NCBI RefSeq assembly: GCF_020745735.1
Contig: NW_026867476.1
Span: 310,001 to 374,000, forward strand
DNA: 64,000 nucleotides
From: Hemiscyllium ocellatum
Lineage: Eukaryota
Direction: 5' to 3'
The notes under the pieces are model-generated. The model did no database searches, was not told the origin of the DNA, and saw only the letters and a program-made list of their open reading frames with translations. Within the stretch, counting starts at the first letter, position 1, and each line of letters starts with the position of its first letter. Position numbers and translations under genes: made by a program. This document shows positions 23,236-37,380 of the stretch, one piece after another.

Positions 23236-23309
23236 TTCGATAAGCCGAATGCCATGCTGCCATGCTGGAGGGACATCATGCTTAGATGTGGAACTCTTTT
23301 CTTTATTAT

Positions 23310-24220
23310 TGATTTTGTGAGACGTGGGCATCATTGACTGACCACCCTTTATTGGCAATTCCTAGTTGCCCTTGGGAAGGTGATGGTGCGCTGTCTTCTT
23401 GAACCGCTGCAGTTCATCTGCTGTGGATTGACCCACAATACCACAGAGGGAATTTCAGGACACTGACCTAGATACAGCAACAAAGAAGGAATGGAGATCT
23501 ATTTCCAAGTCAGGATGGTGAGTGGCTTGGACAGGAACTTGAATTCGGTCGTCTTCTCTTTCATCAGCTGACCCTTTTCCTTCCAGATGGATTTGGTCAT
23601 GCGTTTCGACGGTGCTGTGTGAGGGTCTTAGCTAAACTTTGGCAGTGCATCTTTTAGGTAATACACACGCAGAGTCGGTGTTGGAAGCAATGGGTACTTG
23701 TGAATGCTGTGCCAATCAAGCTGGTTGATTTCTCCTGGATGGTGTTGCGAATCCTAAGAATTGTTGGGGCTGCACTCATCCAGACATGTAAGGAGCATTC
23801 AATCACAAATCTGACTTGTGCATTGTAGATGGTGGACAAGCTTTGTGGAGACAGCAAGTAAGTTCCTCGGAGTGAAAACATCTCTTCCATGTTCGCTCTA
23901 TTCAGGTTTCCAAGTATTCTATAAGTTTCAACCAGGTTCCCCATCATCCTTCTAAACTTATTCGAGTAGAGACCCAGAGGCTTCAATCAACTCTCATATA
24001 ATAAGTGCTTCTTCCTGGGATCATTCTTGCAAGCCTCCTCTGAACCCCCTCCAAGGCCAACACATCTTTCCTTAGAAATGAGGCCGAAAAGTGTTCACAA
24101 CATTCCAAAATGTTGTCTCACTGGAGCCATGTACAGCCTCAGGTATACACCCCTGCTCTTGCATTCTAGCCTTCTCAAAATGAGTGCTGATACTGCATTT
24201 GCCTTCCCAACTGCTAACTC
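23310..24220 (-). mobile_element. LINE 3' fragments (CR1 superfamily, two nested or adjacent pieces)
   Basis: Tail matches 20575; ORF 23654-23986 is a chimera of two CR1-type C-termini. Confidence 0.65.
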
Positions 24221-24279
24221 ATAAGGTCATACAGCACTGAAATGATCCAGTCCCACTCACTAACTTGCTAAGCTTAATA

Positions 24280-24530
24280 TTTGTGCGTGTGTGCGTGTGT
24301 GCGTGTGTGTGTGTACGTGAATGTGCAGCTCAGTGCATATTATATCTGTGTGCGTGCAAGTGTGCCTTTATTTTTCTATCTGTTTTTGTGTCCATCTACG
24401 TGTTCTTGTGTGTGCATCTCTCGTTCTGTCTGTCAATTTGTTTGTTTCTCTCCCTTTGTGGATGTCTGTGTATGGTTGTGTTTCTATGTGTGTCTATCAT
24501 TGTGCTTTTCTGTCTGTGCATTCATTTCTG
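24280..24530. repeat. TG-rich low-complexity tract
   Basis: Directly visible; source of the Cys/Val-rich spurious ORFs. Confidence 0.85.
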
Positions 24531-24849
24531 CAAGTAGTGGGAGAAATATGGGTAGAGGTTGAATTAACCAAAAGCGTCTTTCACTGTTGCTCTCTTCTCG
24601 TTGAAATAATACAAATAACACAATGCCACCACCTACTGGCGAATCGATGGTACTACACAAGCGAGGGATTTATGAGAAGGCATCTTTTTTCAGGCTCCTC
24701 TTGGGAATTTCCAGGGGAGCGGAGCTCAACTTAAAGGTCATAGCTGAAAAATAAGGAGCCGTAAATCAAAACAGAGATGAGACGAAGCGATTCTGAGGCA
24801 GTTAAATTCATGGCACCATGGCTTGCTCTGCTGCAGAGTGAGGGAGAAA

Positions 24850-27375
24850 GAAGCATAGAAATGCTATAATTATCGCAGATTCAACTGTAAGGGAAACAGA
24901 TAGATCTTTTTGTGGCCACAAACGAGAGTCCAGGATGGTTTGTTCACTCTCTGGTGCTGACGTCCTGGATGTCTCAGAGCAGTTGCAGGACATTCTGGAG
25001 GATTAGGGAAAACAGCCAGTGGTCATGGTAAACGATGGTACTAAAGACACAGGTGTAAAAAGGGATGAGATCCTAAAAATAGAATACAAAGAATGATGCA
25101 TAAATTTGAAGTGTAGGACGTAAAGTTAGTCACATCAGGATTACTGACATTGCCGTGAACTAGTCAGAGTAGAAACAGCAGAAAAATATGATGAACGTTT
25201 GGCTGAAAAGATGGTGTGAAGGAGAGGGTATCAGATTATTAGCCAATTGGGATCGCTTCTTGGGTTGGTGGGACTTTAAAAACTGAACTTGTTGCACCTG
25301 GGCAGGTCCAGGATTGATGTCCTTGAGGGTCAACTTAGTTAGAAGAGTTGAGGAGGTTTTAAACTAGTGTGGCAGGGGAATGCGAACCAGAGTAAAGCAA
25401 CAACTGGAGAAATTAAGGGAGTTTTACAAACCATGGCAAATATGATAACGAACAACAACAGGTGGGGTAATGCTGCTGTAAAGAGCAGGGAAGATATCAG
25501 AAATCTATATGTTCCAATGTGAGAAATATAATAGGCAAGATAAATGAACTTAGGGCATTTGGTTAGAACTTCGAATTGTGACATTATTGCAATTACAGAG
25601 ACCTGACTGAAAGCGAGACAGAACTGGGGCATCTGAATATCCCAGGAATTAAATGCTTCAGGTGTGAGAGAAGGGGAGGCAAAAGGAATGGGGGGAATTG
25701 CATTACTGGTAAAGGAGGATCGGACAGCTGTACTGAAGGACAATACATGAGAGAACTCGTTTAGCAAGACAATATAGATAGAACTTAGGAGTAAGAAAGC
25801 TGAAATCGCATGCTGGAGGCAATCTGTATGGGTTCCAAAAGCCAGCGGGAGATAGAAGAGACAATATGTAGAATGGTTTTGGTACGAAGTAAAATCTGCA
25901 AGGTTTTTGTGATGGTTGACTTTGACTTATTTATATTGACTGAGACTCGCATTGTGCTTGGGGCTTGTATGGGGAAGAATTTGTAAAGACTATTCAAGAG
26001 GGTTTTTTTGACACAACATTCAAACAGTCCAGCCAGGGAAGAGATTAGTTTGGATCGGGTTTTGGAAATTGAGCCTCGCCAGGTGAGCATTGTGGGATGA
26101 ATAATCATAATACCTTGAGTTTTAAGATACTCATGGATAGGGATAAAAGCAGCCCTCGAGTAAAGGTTTTAAATTTTGGAAAGGTGAACTACAGCAACAC
26201 AAGGCAGGAAATAGAGAAATTTGACTGGAGGTAACTGTTTATGAGTAAATCCACATCAGATATATGGAATTATTTCAAATGGTACTTAATACAATTTCAG
26301 GAGTTGAACGTGACTGCGAGAATGAAGGAGAGACATGGAAAGTTACATGAAACTTTCATGGTAAGGGATCATATAACCTTAGTCACAATGAAAAAGTAAG
26401 CATGCATAAGGTCTAACAGGATGGGAACTGATGGTGGCTTGAACGTCACAAGGTAAGTAGAAAAGAACGTAAACAAGGAATTAGAAAACCTGAAAGGGCT
26501 CATGAAAAGTCGTTAGTAAACAGGATAAAGGAAAATTCCATGGCATTTGTAGAATCTTTTAAGAAGCCAGAGGGAAGCCATGGAAAAGGTTGGCCCACTC
26601 AAGGACAAAGGAGTAAATCTACATGTGGAGTAGAAAAGGTAGGTGAGGTCTGAAACTACCATTTTGTGCTGGTATTTACGAAAGAGAAGGAACTAGGGGA
26701 GTCTGAATTTACAATTCAAGTTACTATTAAAAAGGAAGACATGTTGTGTGCCTTAAAAATATCATTTAGTTAGATAGGTCCTCAGGTTCTCATCGGATCT
26801 AAGCCAGAAACTTGAGGGAGGCAAATAAGCAAATTGTTGATGCATTGACATACATTTTTATATCATGTTGGCTATAGGTGAAGTCCCAGAGTAGTGCAGA
26901 ACGTTTAATGTTGTCCCGTTGTTTAAGAAGGGTAGCAGGGATAATCCAGGAAATTACAGGCCTGTGAACCTCAGGTCAGTGGCACGGACATTATTGGAAA
27001 ACATTCTCAGGGACAAGATCTGTACGTATTCAGAGGCAATTGGACTTATTAGTGATGCACAGCACGGTTTTGTGCAGGGACGATTTAGCCCCACTAACTT
27101 GTTTGAGTTATTTGAGGAGGAAATTAAGATGACTGATGAAAGAAATGTGTTGATGTTGTCGACAGGGACGTAAGTAAAATATTTCACTCACACGCTCATG
27201 ACAGACTGGTGTCAAACGTTGAAGTCACACGGCATCAGAATGAGCTGGAAGATGGTCACAGAACTGGCTTAGTAATAGGAGACAGATGGTAGTAGTGGAA
27301 GGCTGTTTTTCCGAATGGAGGTTTGTGACTAGTGATGCTCCACATGGATCAATGCAGGGACCTTTGGTGATCGTG
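24850..27375 (+). mobile_element. Decayed long CR1 LINE (ORF1 SGNH-esterase region, endonuclease, partial RT)
   Basis: IIADSTVRETDRSFCGHKRESRMVCSLSGA at ~24870; MFKKGSRDNPGNYRPVNL..QHGFVQGR at 26919; many stops. Confidence 0.8.
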
Positions 27376-27384
27376 GTCTACATA

Positions 27385-29350
27385 TATAGAACATAGAACA
27401 TTACAGCGCATACAGGCCCTTCGGCCCTGGATGTTGCGCCGCCCTGTCATACTAATCTGAAGCCCATCCCAACTACACTATTCCATGTACGTCCACTTGC
27501 CTGGCCAATGATGATTTAAATGCACTTAAACCTGGCGAATCTATTACCGATGCAGGCAAAGCATCCCATACCCTTACTACTCTTTGCGTAAAGAAACTAC
27601 CTCTGACAATTGTCTTATACCTATCTTCCCTTACTTTAAAGTTATGTCCCCTCGTTTTTGCTGTCCCCATACGTGGAAAAAGGCCCTCCCTCTCCACCCT
27701 ATCTAATCTTTGATTATCTTGTGTGTTTCTATTAAGTCACCTCTCAACCTTCTTCTCTCTAACGAGGACAGCCTCAAGGCCCTCAGCCTTTCCTCGTAAG
27801 ACATTCCTTCCATGCAAGGCAACATCCTAGTAAATCTCCTCTATACCTTTTCCAAAACTTCCACATCCTTCTTATAATGCGGTGACCAGAACTGTACACA
27901 ATACTCCAAGTGTGGCCGTACCAGAGCTTTGTAGAGCTGCAGCATAACCTCCTGGTTCCGGAACTCAGTCCCTCTATTAATAAAGGCTAAAACATTGGAT
28001 GCCTTCTTAACAACCCTGTCAATCTGGGTGGCAACTTTCAGGGATCTGTGTATATGGATACCGAGATCTCTTTGCTCATCTGCACTCCCAAGAATCTTAC
28101 CATTAGCCCAGTACTTTACATTCTGATTACTCCAGCCCAAGTGTATCACCTCACATCTGTCCACATTAAACTCCATTTGCCAACTCTCAGCCTATCTCTG
28201 CATCCTATGTATGTTTCTCTGCAACCTACTACATCCTTTGTCATTATCCACAACTCCACCGACCTTAGTGTCGTCCGCAAATTTACTATCCCACCCTTCT
28301 AAGCCCTCATCCATGTCATTTATAAAAATGACGAGCAGCATTGGACCCAACACCGATCCTTGCGGTACTCCGCTAGTAACTGGACACTAAGATGAACAAG
28401 TTTCATCAACTACACACTCTGTTTTCTTTCAGCAAGCCAATTACAGATCCAAACTGCTATGTCTCCCACAATCTCATTACTCCGCATTGTGTATAATAGC
28501 CTACTGTGGGGAACCTTGTCGAATGCCTTGCTGAAATCCATATACACCACATCAACCGGTTTACACTCATTTATCTGTTTGGTCACTTTGTCAAAAAACT
28601 CAATAACATTCGTTAGGCACGGCCTACGCTTCACAAAACCGTGCTGACTGTCCCTGAACCGATTATTCTTTCTGGATGGTTGTCAATCCTGTCTCTTATA
28701 AACTTTTTCACCACTTTACCAACAACTGAAGTGAGACTCACTCTTCTTTAATTACCAGGGCTATCTCTACCACCTTTTTTGAACAAGGGAACCACATTTT
28801 CTATCCACCAATCCTCAGGCACTATTCCTGTAGAAAATGATGATTTGAAGATCAATGCCAAAGACTCGGCAATCTCTTTCCTTGCATCCCAGAGGATCCT
28901 ATAATCGATCCTAGGCGGCACGGTGGCACAGTGGTTAGCACTGCTGTCTCACAGAGCCTGAGACCCGGATTCAATTGCCGACTCAGGCGACTGACTGTGT
29001 GGAGTTTGCACGTTCTCCCCGTGTCTGCGTGGGTTTCCTCCGGGTGCTCCGGTTTCCTCCCACAGTCCAAAGATGTGCGGGTCTGGTGAATTCGCCATGC
29101 TAAAATGCCCGTAGTGTTAGGTAAGGGGTAAATGCAGGGGTATGGGTGTGTAGCGCTTCGGCGGGTCGGTGTGGACTTGTTGGGCCAAAGGGCCTGTTTC
29201 CACACTGTAAGTAAACTAATCTAATCTAATCATCCCAACCAGCCAAGGGGACTTGTCTATTTTCACACTCTGCATTATTTCTAATAACTCTTCCTTGTGA
29301 ACCTCAATCTCTTCTAGTCTAGATGTAAGTATCTCTGTATCTTCCTCATC
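27385..29350 (-). mobile_element. CR1 LINE RT to 3' end (relatively young), interrupted by a SINE
   Basis: ORFs 28410-28634 (CLTNVIEFFD..VYMDFSKAFDKVPH), 27841-28176 and 27473-27697; (atagaac)n-type tail at ~27385. Confidence 0.92.
28914..29230 (+). mobile_element. Full-length HE1-type tRNA-derived SINE
   Basis: ggcggcacggtggcacagtggttagcactg (A box), ggattcaattgcc (B box), CORE-like body and (ctaat)n tail. Confidence 0.9.
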
Positions 29351-29374
29351 AACATTTTCATTTTCTATAGTGAA

Positions 29375-30230
29375 AATGTTTGCGAGGAAGATGATTTGAA
29401 GGAAAACGTAGCTGTTCTAATAAATAATTCAGAGGAGCTTACAAAGATTGATAGAGTTGCGAATTGTAAAGAGGGCAGTGCGAGAATATATCAGAATATA
29501 GATCAGTTGGAGGCATGGGCAGGAAAAAGGCAGATGGAATTTCATCTAGACAGATGTGAGGCGATGCATTTTGGTAAATCAAATACTGCTGAAAATTATG
29601 AAGTGAATGCCAGAACATGTTGAAATTTTGATATGCAGAGCGATCTGGGTGTGCACATCCACAGATCCCTGAAGGTGGCAGTGCAGATAAATAAGGTAGC
29701 AAAGTAAAGGCCTATGACATGCTTGCCTTCATTTGAATGGACAAGAATATAAGGTCTGAAAGTTATGCTGCAGCATTATGAACTTCAATTAGGCCACACT
29801 TGAAATATTGATACGGTTCTGTTCATCATACTACCAGAAGGAAGTCGGCGAAGTGGGGAAAAGTTTTACAATAGTGTTGCCTGGTTAGGAACCAGTCTAA
29901 CTGTCAAGAAAGGTTGGATGTACTAGGATCATTTTCAATGGAACGCACGAGGTTCAGGGGCGACCTGGTAGACTTTTTAATGTTGCAAATAGCATGATAG
30001 AGTGGAAAGTATGAGGACTTCTCCCAGGATGGAGGGGTTAATTAGTAGGGGACAAAGGTTCAACGTGCGAGGGGGGAGGGTTTAAGAGAGCTGTGCGAGG
30101 CAAGTGTTTCGCACAAAGGGTGATGAGTGCCTGGAATATGCTGCTGCCCGAGCAGACGGTGGAAGCAGACAGTAGCAGAATTCAAGAAACACCTGGATGA
30201 ATACATGAATAAGAAGTCAATAAAGGAACA
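29375..30230 (+). mobile_element. CR1 LINE 3' fragment
   Basis: ORF 29396-29623 (QLEAWAGKRQMEFHLDRCEAMHFG). Confidence 0.8.
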
Positions 30231-30714
30231 CATTCCTTTCCTTCACTCTTAATTTTTTCCATCATTCTGAATCGTCTTTTTTTTTGCCTTCCAGTGGATC
30301 TGACCATTATCAAAACAATGACAATTTCCTCCCCTGAAGTATGTTAGTGACTCAGATGTTTTTTTTTCAGGCAAGTGGCAATGGGTTCATAGACATCATT
30401 AGAGTATTAATTCCAGATTTAGTTATTCTTTTTCCCTCAAACAAATTGAACATAGCACGAAACAAGGCTCTGGCCATTTGTATTTGCTACAATGAATTTT
30501 GATCACAGTCTTTCTGGCCAGTGCCAGTAGTACTACACTTGAAGTACGAAAACGCAAAAAAAAATTTGAAAATGTTCTAATTAAAAATAGCTACCTCGGG
30601 CAGAGACAGGTTGCACTCATTGGCAAAGTGTGGCCATAATTCCATGCTCAATTTGACTATATTCCCAATATTCAGATATTTGTGCAAACTACAAATAGCC
30701 CAAACATCAGCTTA

Positions 30715-31070
30715 GAACACAGAACGTAGAACATACAACAGTACAGCAGAGTATAGGCCATTCGGCCCACCATTTTGTACTGACCTTTCATCCTACTCTA
30801 AGATCTAACTAAGCTACACACACGCAATTTTACCATCAGTTATGTTCTGATCCAAGAGTAGCTTGAATGCCCCTAACGTATATGACTCGACAACCACTGC
30901 TTGCAATGCATTCGACGCACCCACCACTCTCTGTGCAAAGAACCTACCTCTGACATGTCCCCTAAGCGTTCCTCCAATCATCTTAAAATTTGCACCATCG
31001 TAATAGACATTTCCTCTCTGGAAAATATATTTGGCTATCCACTCTACCTATGCCTTACATCATAACTTGT
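30715..31070 (-). mobile_element. CR1 LINE 3' end
   Basis: (agaac)n tail and antisense CR1 3' end. Confidence 0.7.
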
Positions 31071-31314
31071 TTTAAAGTGGGAAGGCATTCCAAAGCAATG
31101 ACGCAATGTCCGGACAAAGGTGCAAAATGACCATCCACGATCATTGACTATCACCAGCAAGCAGAGAGTCGACAATGAGCAACATTCCGTTCTGAAAAAT
31201 AGAGACACGCAGTTTTTCAATGGTCACTGGCAGTGCTCATTGGGTGTTAAACACATTGTAGACATTTTTAAACAACTGAGAGTTCTTGTTGCGAACATTT
31301 TGTACTCTTTTTAG

Positions 31315-32600
31315 GTGGCATCCTCAGTGCTTGGGAGCCTCGTGTGAAGCGCTTCTGTGATGTTTCGTCCGGCACTTATCGTGGCTTGTCTCTGGCACTT
31401 CCGGTTGTCAGTTGCTGTCCGCTGCAGTGGCCGGCATATTGGGTCAGTGCCATGCCTCTAGGAATTCCCTGGCTGTTCTCTGTTTGGCTTGCCCTATAAT
31501 AGTAGTGTTGTCCCAGTCGAATTCATGTTGTTTGTCATCTGAGTGTGCAGCTACTAAGGATAGTTGGTCGTGTCGTTTCGTGCCTACTTGGTGCTCATGG
31601 ATGCGGTCTGTTAGCTGTCTTCGTTTTTGTCCTATGAAGTGTTTTGTACAGTCCTTGCATGGGATTTTTTACACTACGTTTGTTTGCTCATGCTGGGTAT
31701 CGGGTCCTTTGTCCTGGTGAGTTGTTGTCTGAGCGTGGCTGTTGGTTTGTGTGCTGTTATGAGTCCTAATGGTCGCAGCAGTCTGGCTATCAGTTCGGAA
31801 ATGCTCTTGATGTATGGTAGTGTGGCTAGTTCTTTGGGTTACGGCATGTCCTCGTTCCAATGTCTTACCCTTAGGCATCTGTTGATGAAATTGCGCGGGA
31901 ATCTGTTTTTGGTGAATACCTTGTATAGGTGTTCCTCTTCCTCTTTTTGCAGTTCTGGTGTGCTGCAGTGTGTTGTGGCCCTTTTGAATAGTGTCCTGAT
32001 GCAACTTCGTTTGTGTGTGTTGGGGTGGTTGCTTTCATAGTTCAGGACTTGGTCTGTGTGTGTGGCGTTCCTGTATACGCCACTGAATTCTCCACTCGGT
32101 GTTCACTGTACCATCATATCCAGGAATGGGAGCTGGTTGCCATTTTTTCCTCTCTCGTGAATCGGATTCCTGTGAGTGTGGCGTTGATGATCCGGTGTGT
32201 GTTCTCTATTTCTGTGTGTTTTAATGATTACAAAGGTTTGGGTTGCATTTGCGCTAAGACTGTTTGTTCTAACCTTTGCATTACTGCTTCTGCTACCAGT
32301 CCAGAAATCGGTGAGCCCATGGGTGTTCCGTTGATTTGTTCGTCTATCTGGTTTTTGAATGTGAAGTGTGTTGTGAGGTACAGGTCCAGTAATTTAAGTA
32401 TGCCGTCTTTGTTAATAGGTTCAACGTCCTGCTGTCTGTTCTGTATGTCCAGCAGGTTGGATATTGTTTCTCTGGCTAGGGTTTTGTCGATCGAGGTGAA
32501 CAGTGCCGTTACATCGAATGAGACCATGGTTTCTTCCTTGTCAATGTGGACATTTCTGATGATGTCCAAGAATTCTTGGGTTGACTGTATAGAGTGTCTG
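31315..32600 (-). mobile_element. Penelope-like element, 5'-truncated (RT plus GIY-YIG)
   Basis: ORF 32228-32569 (SFDVTALFT..GTPMGSPIS) and, at ~31550-31680, NVV*KIPCKDCTKHFIGQ..RIHEH. Confidence 0.9.
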
Positions 32601-32989
32601 GATCCGCAGATCAGGTGCTACAGCAGAAACTGGAAAAGGATGGGAAAGTTTCTTAAGACCTAGATTTGAGATCTAGCTGTCTCTGCGGCTTGTTCTGATG
32701 ACGTCTCGAAAATCTGTGGACAAAAATGTTGACACAAATAATAAGAGCACTCTTACAAATAAATTAAATACGTGAACTACTCTGAAATTTCAAAACAAAC
32801 ACTTAATTGAAGAGATAAAGTTGACGATCTTAGAAATGGAAATATGAATCATCAGCGGTTCAGTTGATGGAGAGAGAAAACTAGGTTTGTGGAAAGGTTG
32901 GAAGCACAGAATCCACGATCTTCCACAGATATAGAGCAAACATTTATTTTACCAATGATGCAGACTGAAGGCGTGAAACAGCACAGTGA

Positions 32990-33960
32990 ACTCGATGTTC
33001 ACTGACCTGTAAAACGTGTGCTTGAATGCGGAAGTGGAAAGCTGGATGAGTAAATTTGCCGATGATAAGAAGGGATGTGGAATGGTAGAGAGTTTGGAGG
33101 AATGTTGCAAGTTGCAACGGGACATTGAAAGCATGCAGAACTTGGCTGAGAAGTGGCAGATGGAGTTCAACCTTGGAAAGTATCAAGAAATTCACTTTGC
33201 AAGTTTGAATTTGAATGCAGAATACAGGGTCAAGGCAGCATTCTTGGCAATATCGAGAAACAGAGAGATCTTGGAGTCCATGTCCACAGATCCTTCAAAG
33301 CTGCCACCCAAGTCAAAAGGGTCGTGAAACAGCTATATTGTGTTTTGGCTTTCATTAGTAAGGCGATTGAGTTGAAGGGCCGCGAGGTTATGCTGCAGCT
33401 CTATAGAGCCATGGTCAGATCACACTTGGAATATTGCGCTCAGTGATGGTTAACTCATGATAGAAAGTATGGGGAAGCCTTAGAGGTAGTGCAGAAGAAG
33501 CTTACCAGGATGCTTCCTGGTCTGGAGGGCATTTCGTATGAAGCAAATTTGAGAGAGCGAGGGCTTTTCGCAATAGAGCAAAGAAGGATGAGAGATGACT
33601 TGATAGACGTGAAGAAGAGGATGAGTATAATAGATACAATGAATAGTCAGAGACGTTTTCCCATGGTGGAAGTAGCTATCATGAGTGGGCATAATTTTAT
33701 GTTGAATGGAGGAAGGTTTAGACAAGATTTCAGGGGGTAGATTCTTTACACAGAGAGTCGATGGTGCGTGGAATGCACTGCCAACAGTGGTAGTAGAATT
33801 GGAAACTTCACCGAAATTTTACCGACTCCTGGATAGGGACATCGAAGATAGTACAATGAGGGATATGTCGATTAGTCTGGTCAATGAGTAGAATAAACGT
33901 TCGGCACAATATCGAGGGCCCAGTGGCCTGTATTGTGTTGCACTGTTCTGTTCTCGATGT
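32990..33960 (+). mobile_element. CR1 LINE 3' fragment
   Basis: SKFADD..KWQMEFN..QLYRAMVRSHLEYCAQ..TRMLPGLEG. Confidence 0.9.
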
Positions 33961-34159
33961 TCGACGTTCGATGTTCTAAATCGTACTTTATATCTTCCCA
34001 AAGTTGTCACTCACAATGTCCAGCTATTTATTTTACTAGACTAGATACTACATCACCTACTCCTATAGAGAGCTGTGCCATTAATTACAGTTAACTTCAC
34101 ATTGTCATTTCTCTCAGATTTGCTGGAATTACGTTACACCCTGTCTCTGTTCAAAATAA

Positions 34160-36390
34160 GTTAGATTTTGGACTGGATAACGAACCCGGCCAGGTGTTAG
34201 GTTTGGAGGTAAGTTAGCACTTTGGTGATAGTCACCATAATTCATTTATGTTGATTTTAGTGATGGAAAGGAATAGGTATGTAACGCAGGGCAAGAGTTA
34301 TAGCTGGGGGAAAGATGCAATTAAGCAAGACTTATGATGCATAATGATGCGCACAATTAAAATGTGGAGCATATACAAGTTCCAGCTGCTGTGGGCCCTT
34401 CATAAGCATGTACCGATCAGGCAGGAACGAAGTTTTTGAGCGCAGGACCGGGGTTGATTGAGGAAGTTGAATCTATTTTCAAGAGGAGGAAGAAGGCTTA
34501 TGTTATAATAAGCTGTGATGGCTCAATTGGGGCGCTTGCGTGTTACACGTTAGCCAGGAAATACCTAAAGAGAGAGCTAAGAAGAGTCAGGAGTGGACAT
34601 GATAAGTCATTGGCGAACAGGATGAAGGAAAACCCGCAGGCTTTCTACAGATATATCAGAAATAAAAGAATGATTAGAGGAAGATTACGGCCAATCAAGC
34701 ATAGTGGTGGGAAGTTGGAAGTGGTGCCAGAGGAAATAGGTGAATACTGTTCTTTGGTATTCACTTTAGAAAAAGATAACGTCCTCAGGGAGTACACTGA
34801 GATAAAAGCTACTAGACCAGATAGGACTGAGGCGCATAAGGAGGAGGTGTTAGCATTTCTGGAAAGTGTAAAAATATATAAGTCCCCTGTGCTGGATGGA
34901 ATTTATCCTAGAATTCTCTGCGAAGCCAGGGAGGAGATTGCTCAGCATTTGGCTTTGATCTTTATGTCACCATGATCTACAGGAACAGTGCCAGAAGATG
35001 GAAGGATAGCAAATGTTGTTCCCTTCCTAAAGAAGGCAAGTAGAGACAACCCTGGGTATTTTGCACCTGTCAGCCTTATTTCGGTTGTAGGTAAAGTGTT
35101 GGAAAGGGTTGTAAGAGATAAGATTTATAATCATCTAGAGATGAATAAGTTATGGATAGTCCACGCGGTTTTGTGAAGGTTAGGTCGTGCCACACAAACT
35201 TTATTGAGATTTTTGAGATGGTGACCAACAGGTGGGTGAGGGTCAAGCGGTTGATGTGCTGAATATAGATTTAAATAAGGCAATTAATAAGGTTCCCCAC
35301 AGTAGACTAGTGCGCAATGTATAGATGCATGAGATTGAGGGTGATTTAGACGTTTGGATCAGATATTAGCTCACTGAAAGAAGACAGAGATGGTTGGTGG
35401 CAAATGTTCATCCTTGAGTTCAGTTACAAGAGGGAGACTGCAAGGATCTGTTGAGCATCCGCTGTTGTTTGTCATTAATATAAATGACCTGGAACAAGGC
35501 ATCGAAGTTTGGGTTAGTCAATTTGCGATTGACACTAATGTCTGTAGAGTTGTGGATCGTGATGAAGGATGTTGGAGAGACGTGGATAAGCTGCAAAACT
35601 GGGCTTACAGGCGGCAAATGGAGTTTAATGCGGAAAGGTGTGAGGTGATTCACTTTGAAAGGAGTAACAATAATGCAGAGGACTGTGCTCATGGTCAGTT
35701 TCTTGGATATTTCAGTGTCCAGGTACATAGATCCCTGAAAGTTGCCACCCAGCATGATAGGGCTGTTAAGAAGGCAAACGGTTGGTTAACTTTTATTGGT
35801 AGAGGGATTGAGTTTCCGAAGCATGAAGTCATGCTGTAGCTGGACAAAACACTGGTGCAACATTTTGAGTGTTGCGTACAGTTCTAGTCACCACACTATA
35901 GAGAGGATGTGAAAGCTTTGGAAATGGCTCAGAGGATATTTACTGGGATATTGCCTGTTATGGAGGGAAGGTCTTACGAGGAAACGCTGAGGTGCCTGTA
36001 GCTGTTTTCGTTGGAGAGAAGAAGGTTGAGACAACTTAATTGAGACATATAAAATAATCCGAGGGTTAGATAATTTGGACAGTGAGAGTCGTTTTATCTC
36101 GGATGGCGATGGCTAGCACGATTCGATATAGCTTTAAATTGAAAGAAGATAGATACAGGACAGATGTCAGAGTTAGCTTCTTTACTCAGAGATTAGCAGG
36201 GGGCGTATAACGCATCCCATGCAACAGTTCTGGATTCGCAACCTTTCAGGGCATTTAAGTAGTCATTGGATAGGCATATGGAACCAAATTGGATCTGGAA
36301 GGTTAGATGAACTTCAGATTGGTTCCACCGGTTGGCGCAACATTGAGTGCTGAAGGGCTGGTGCTTAACTGTCACGTTTTATGTTCTGTG
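34160..36390 (+). mobile_element. CR1 LINE (ORF2 central region to 3' end), decayed
   Basis: ORFs 34436-34975, 34988-35176 and 35390-35839 carry CR1 ORF2 motifs. Confidence 0.9.
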
Positions 36391-37380
36391 TCACTAATGT
36401 ATGAAATTATCCTCTATCTTAATTATTGTTTCTTGGAACAGTGTCAATGGCGTTATGCAATCACGTTATTTACTGGATTTGACCTTGTTTTAGTTCATAC
36501 TGCAACTTTACGTGTCTTAATTGCTACTGCAAATTTATATATCTCTTTCAAAGTTACACTACGTCTGTCCCAGTGAACACTTCAATCAGGTTCATCCCAA
36601 TTGTTCCTGCAGACACTGTGGAATTTCTGCATTACACTGACCAAGTCTGCTTTGTTGATGAACCTGGCAACATATTTTAAAACAGCTTCCAGTCACTCGT
36701 TTATCTGATATTTCTGTCCTTATATTAAACATTGACATTGATCAACTGTTCCTGAACAAGCAACTGTGATCAGGAGCATCAGCACTTAAACGGCCTTTCG
36801 GCATTCTGATTGTTCAGATTAAATTAAGGATTTTTCAGATTCAGTGGGTGGGAGAAGATTTGCATTTGACAACCACTACCACATTAACGTCCCATGCTTG
36901 CTAACTTCCCATGCTTGTTTCCCAAAGGTTCAAACGCAAATTTATGAAAATGGTAAAATACCAGTCACTAAAAGATATATGAATGAACGCAAATGAAAAT
37001 CTAGGACAACGCTTTAAATGATTAATCAACTGGGGAATAGCAGAAGTCAAAGTAGAAAGAAAGTTCAGATGCAGGAGCTCAGCTCAATGTCCACCATTGG
37101 CGGATCTACCTGATGCAGACACAACATCATGATTTGTGGACCTGGACGAAACAAAGCAATTCCAACGACCCTGTCCCAACCTCAAATACAATTATTCACC
37201 TTGTTTAAAGACATGAAGCAGAGAGTTAATCTCTTTGTGTAGCGAACTGTAAGTAAGGTGCATGCTGTTATTTAATTGTCACTCTCGAGACAATCACTTA
37301 GAATATATGAGAGCCCACTTGAATGTGTCACAGAACCAACATCCACAGCAACAGCCAACTGCTACCGTTTCTGAGCGAAG

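Noticed and set aside
28914-28990. tRNA gene
   Set aside because: tRNA-like head continues into a SINE body and tail; no complete cloverleaf.
30440-30540. Antisense tactactggcactg resembling YYCAL, followed by gactgtg
   Set aside because: No upstream V framework and no credible nonamer; too weak.
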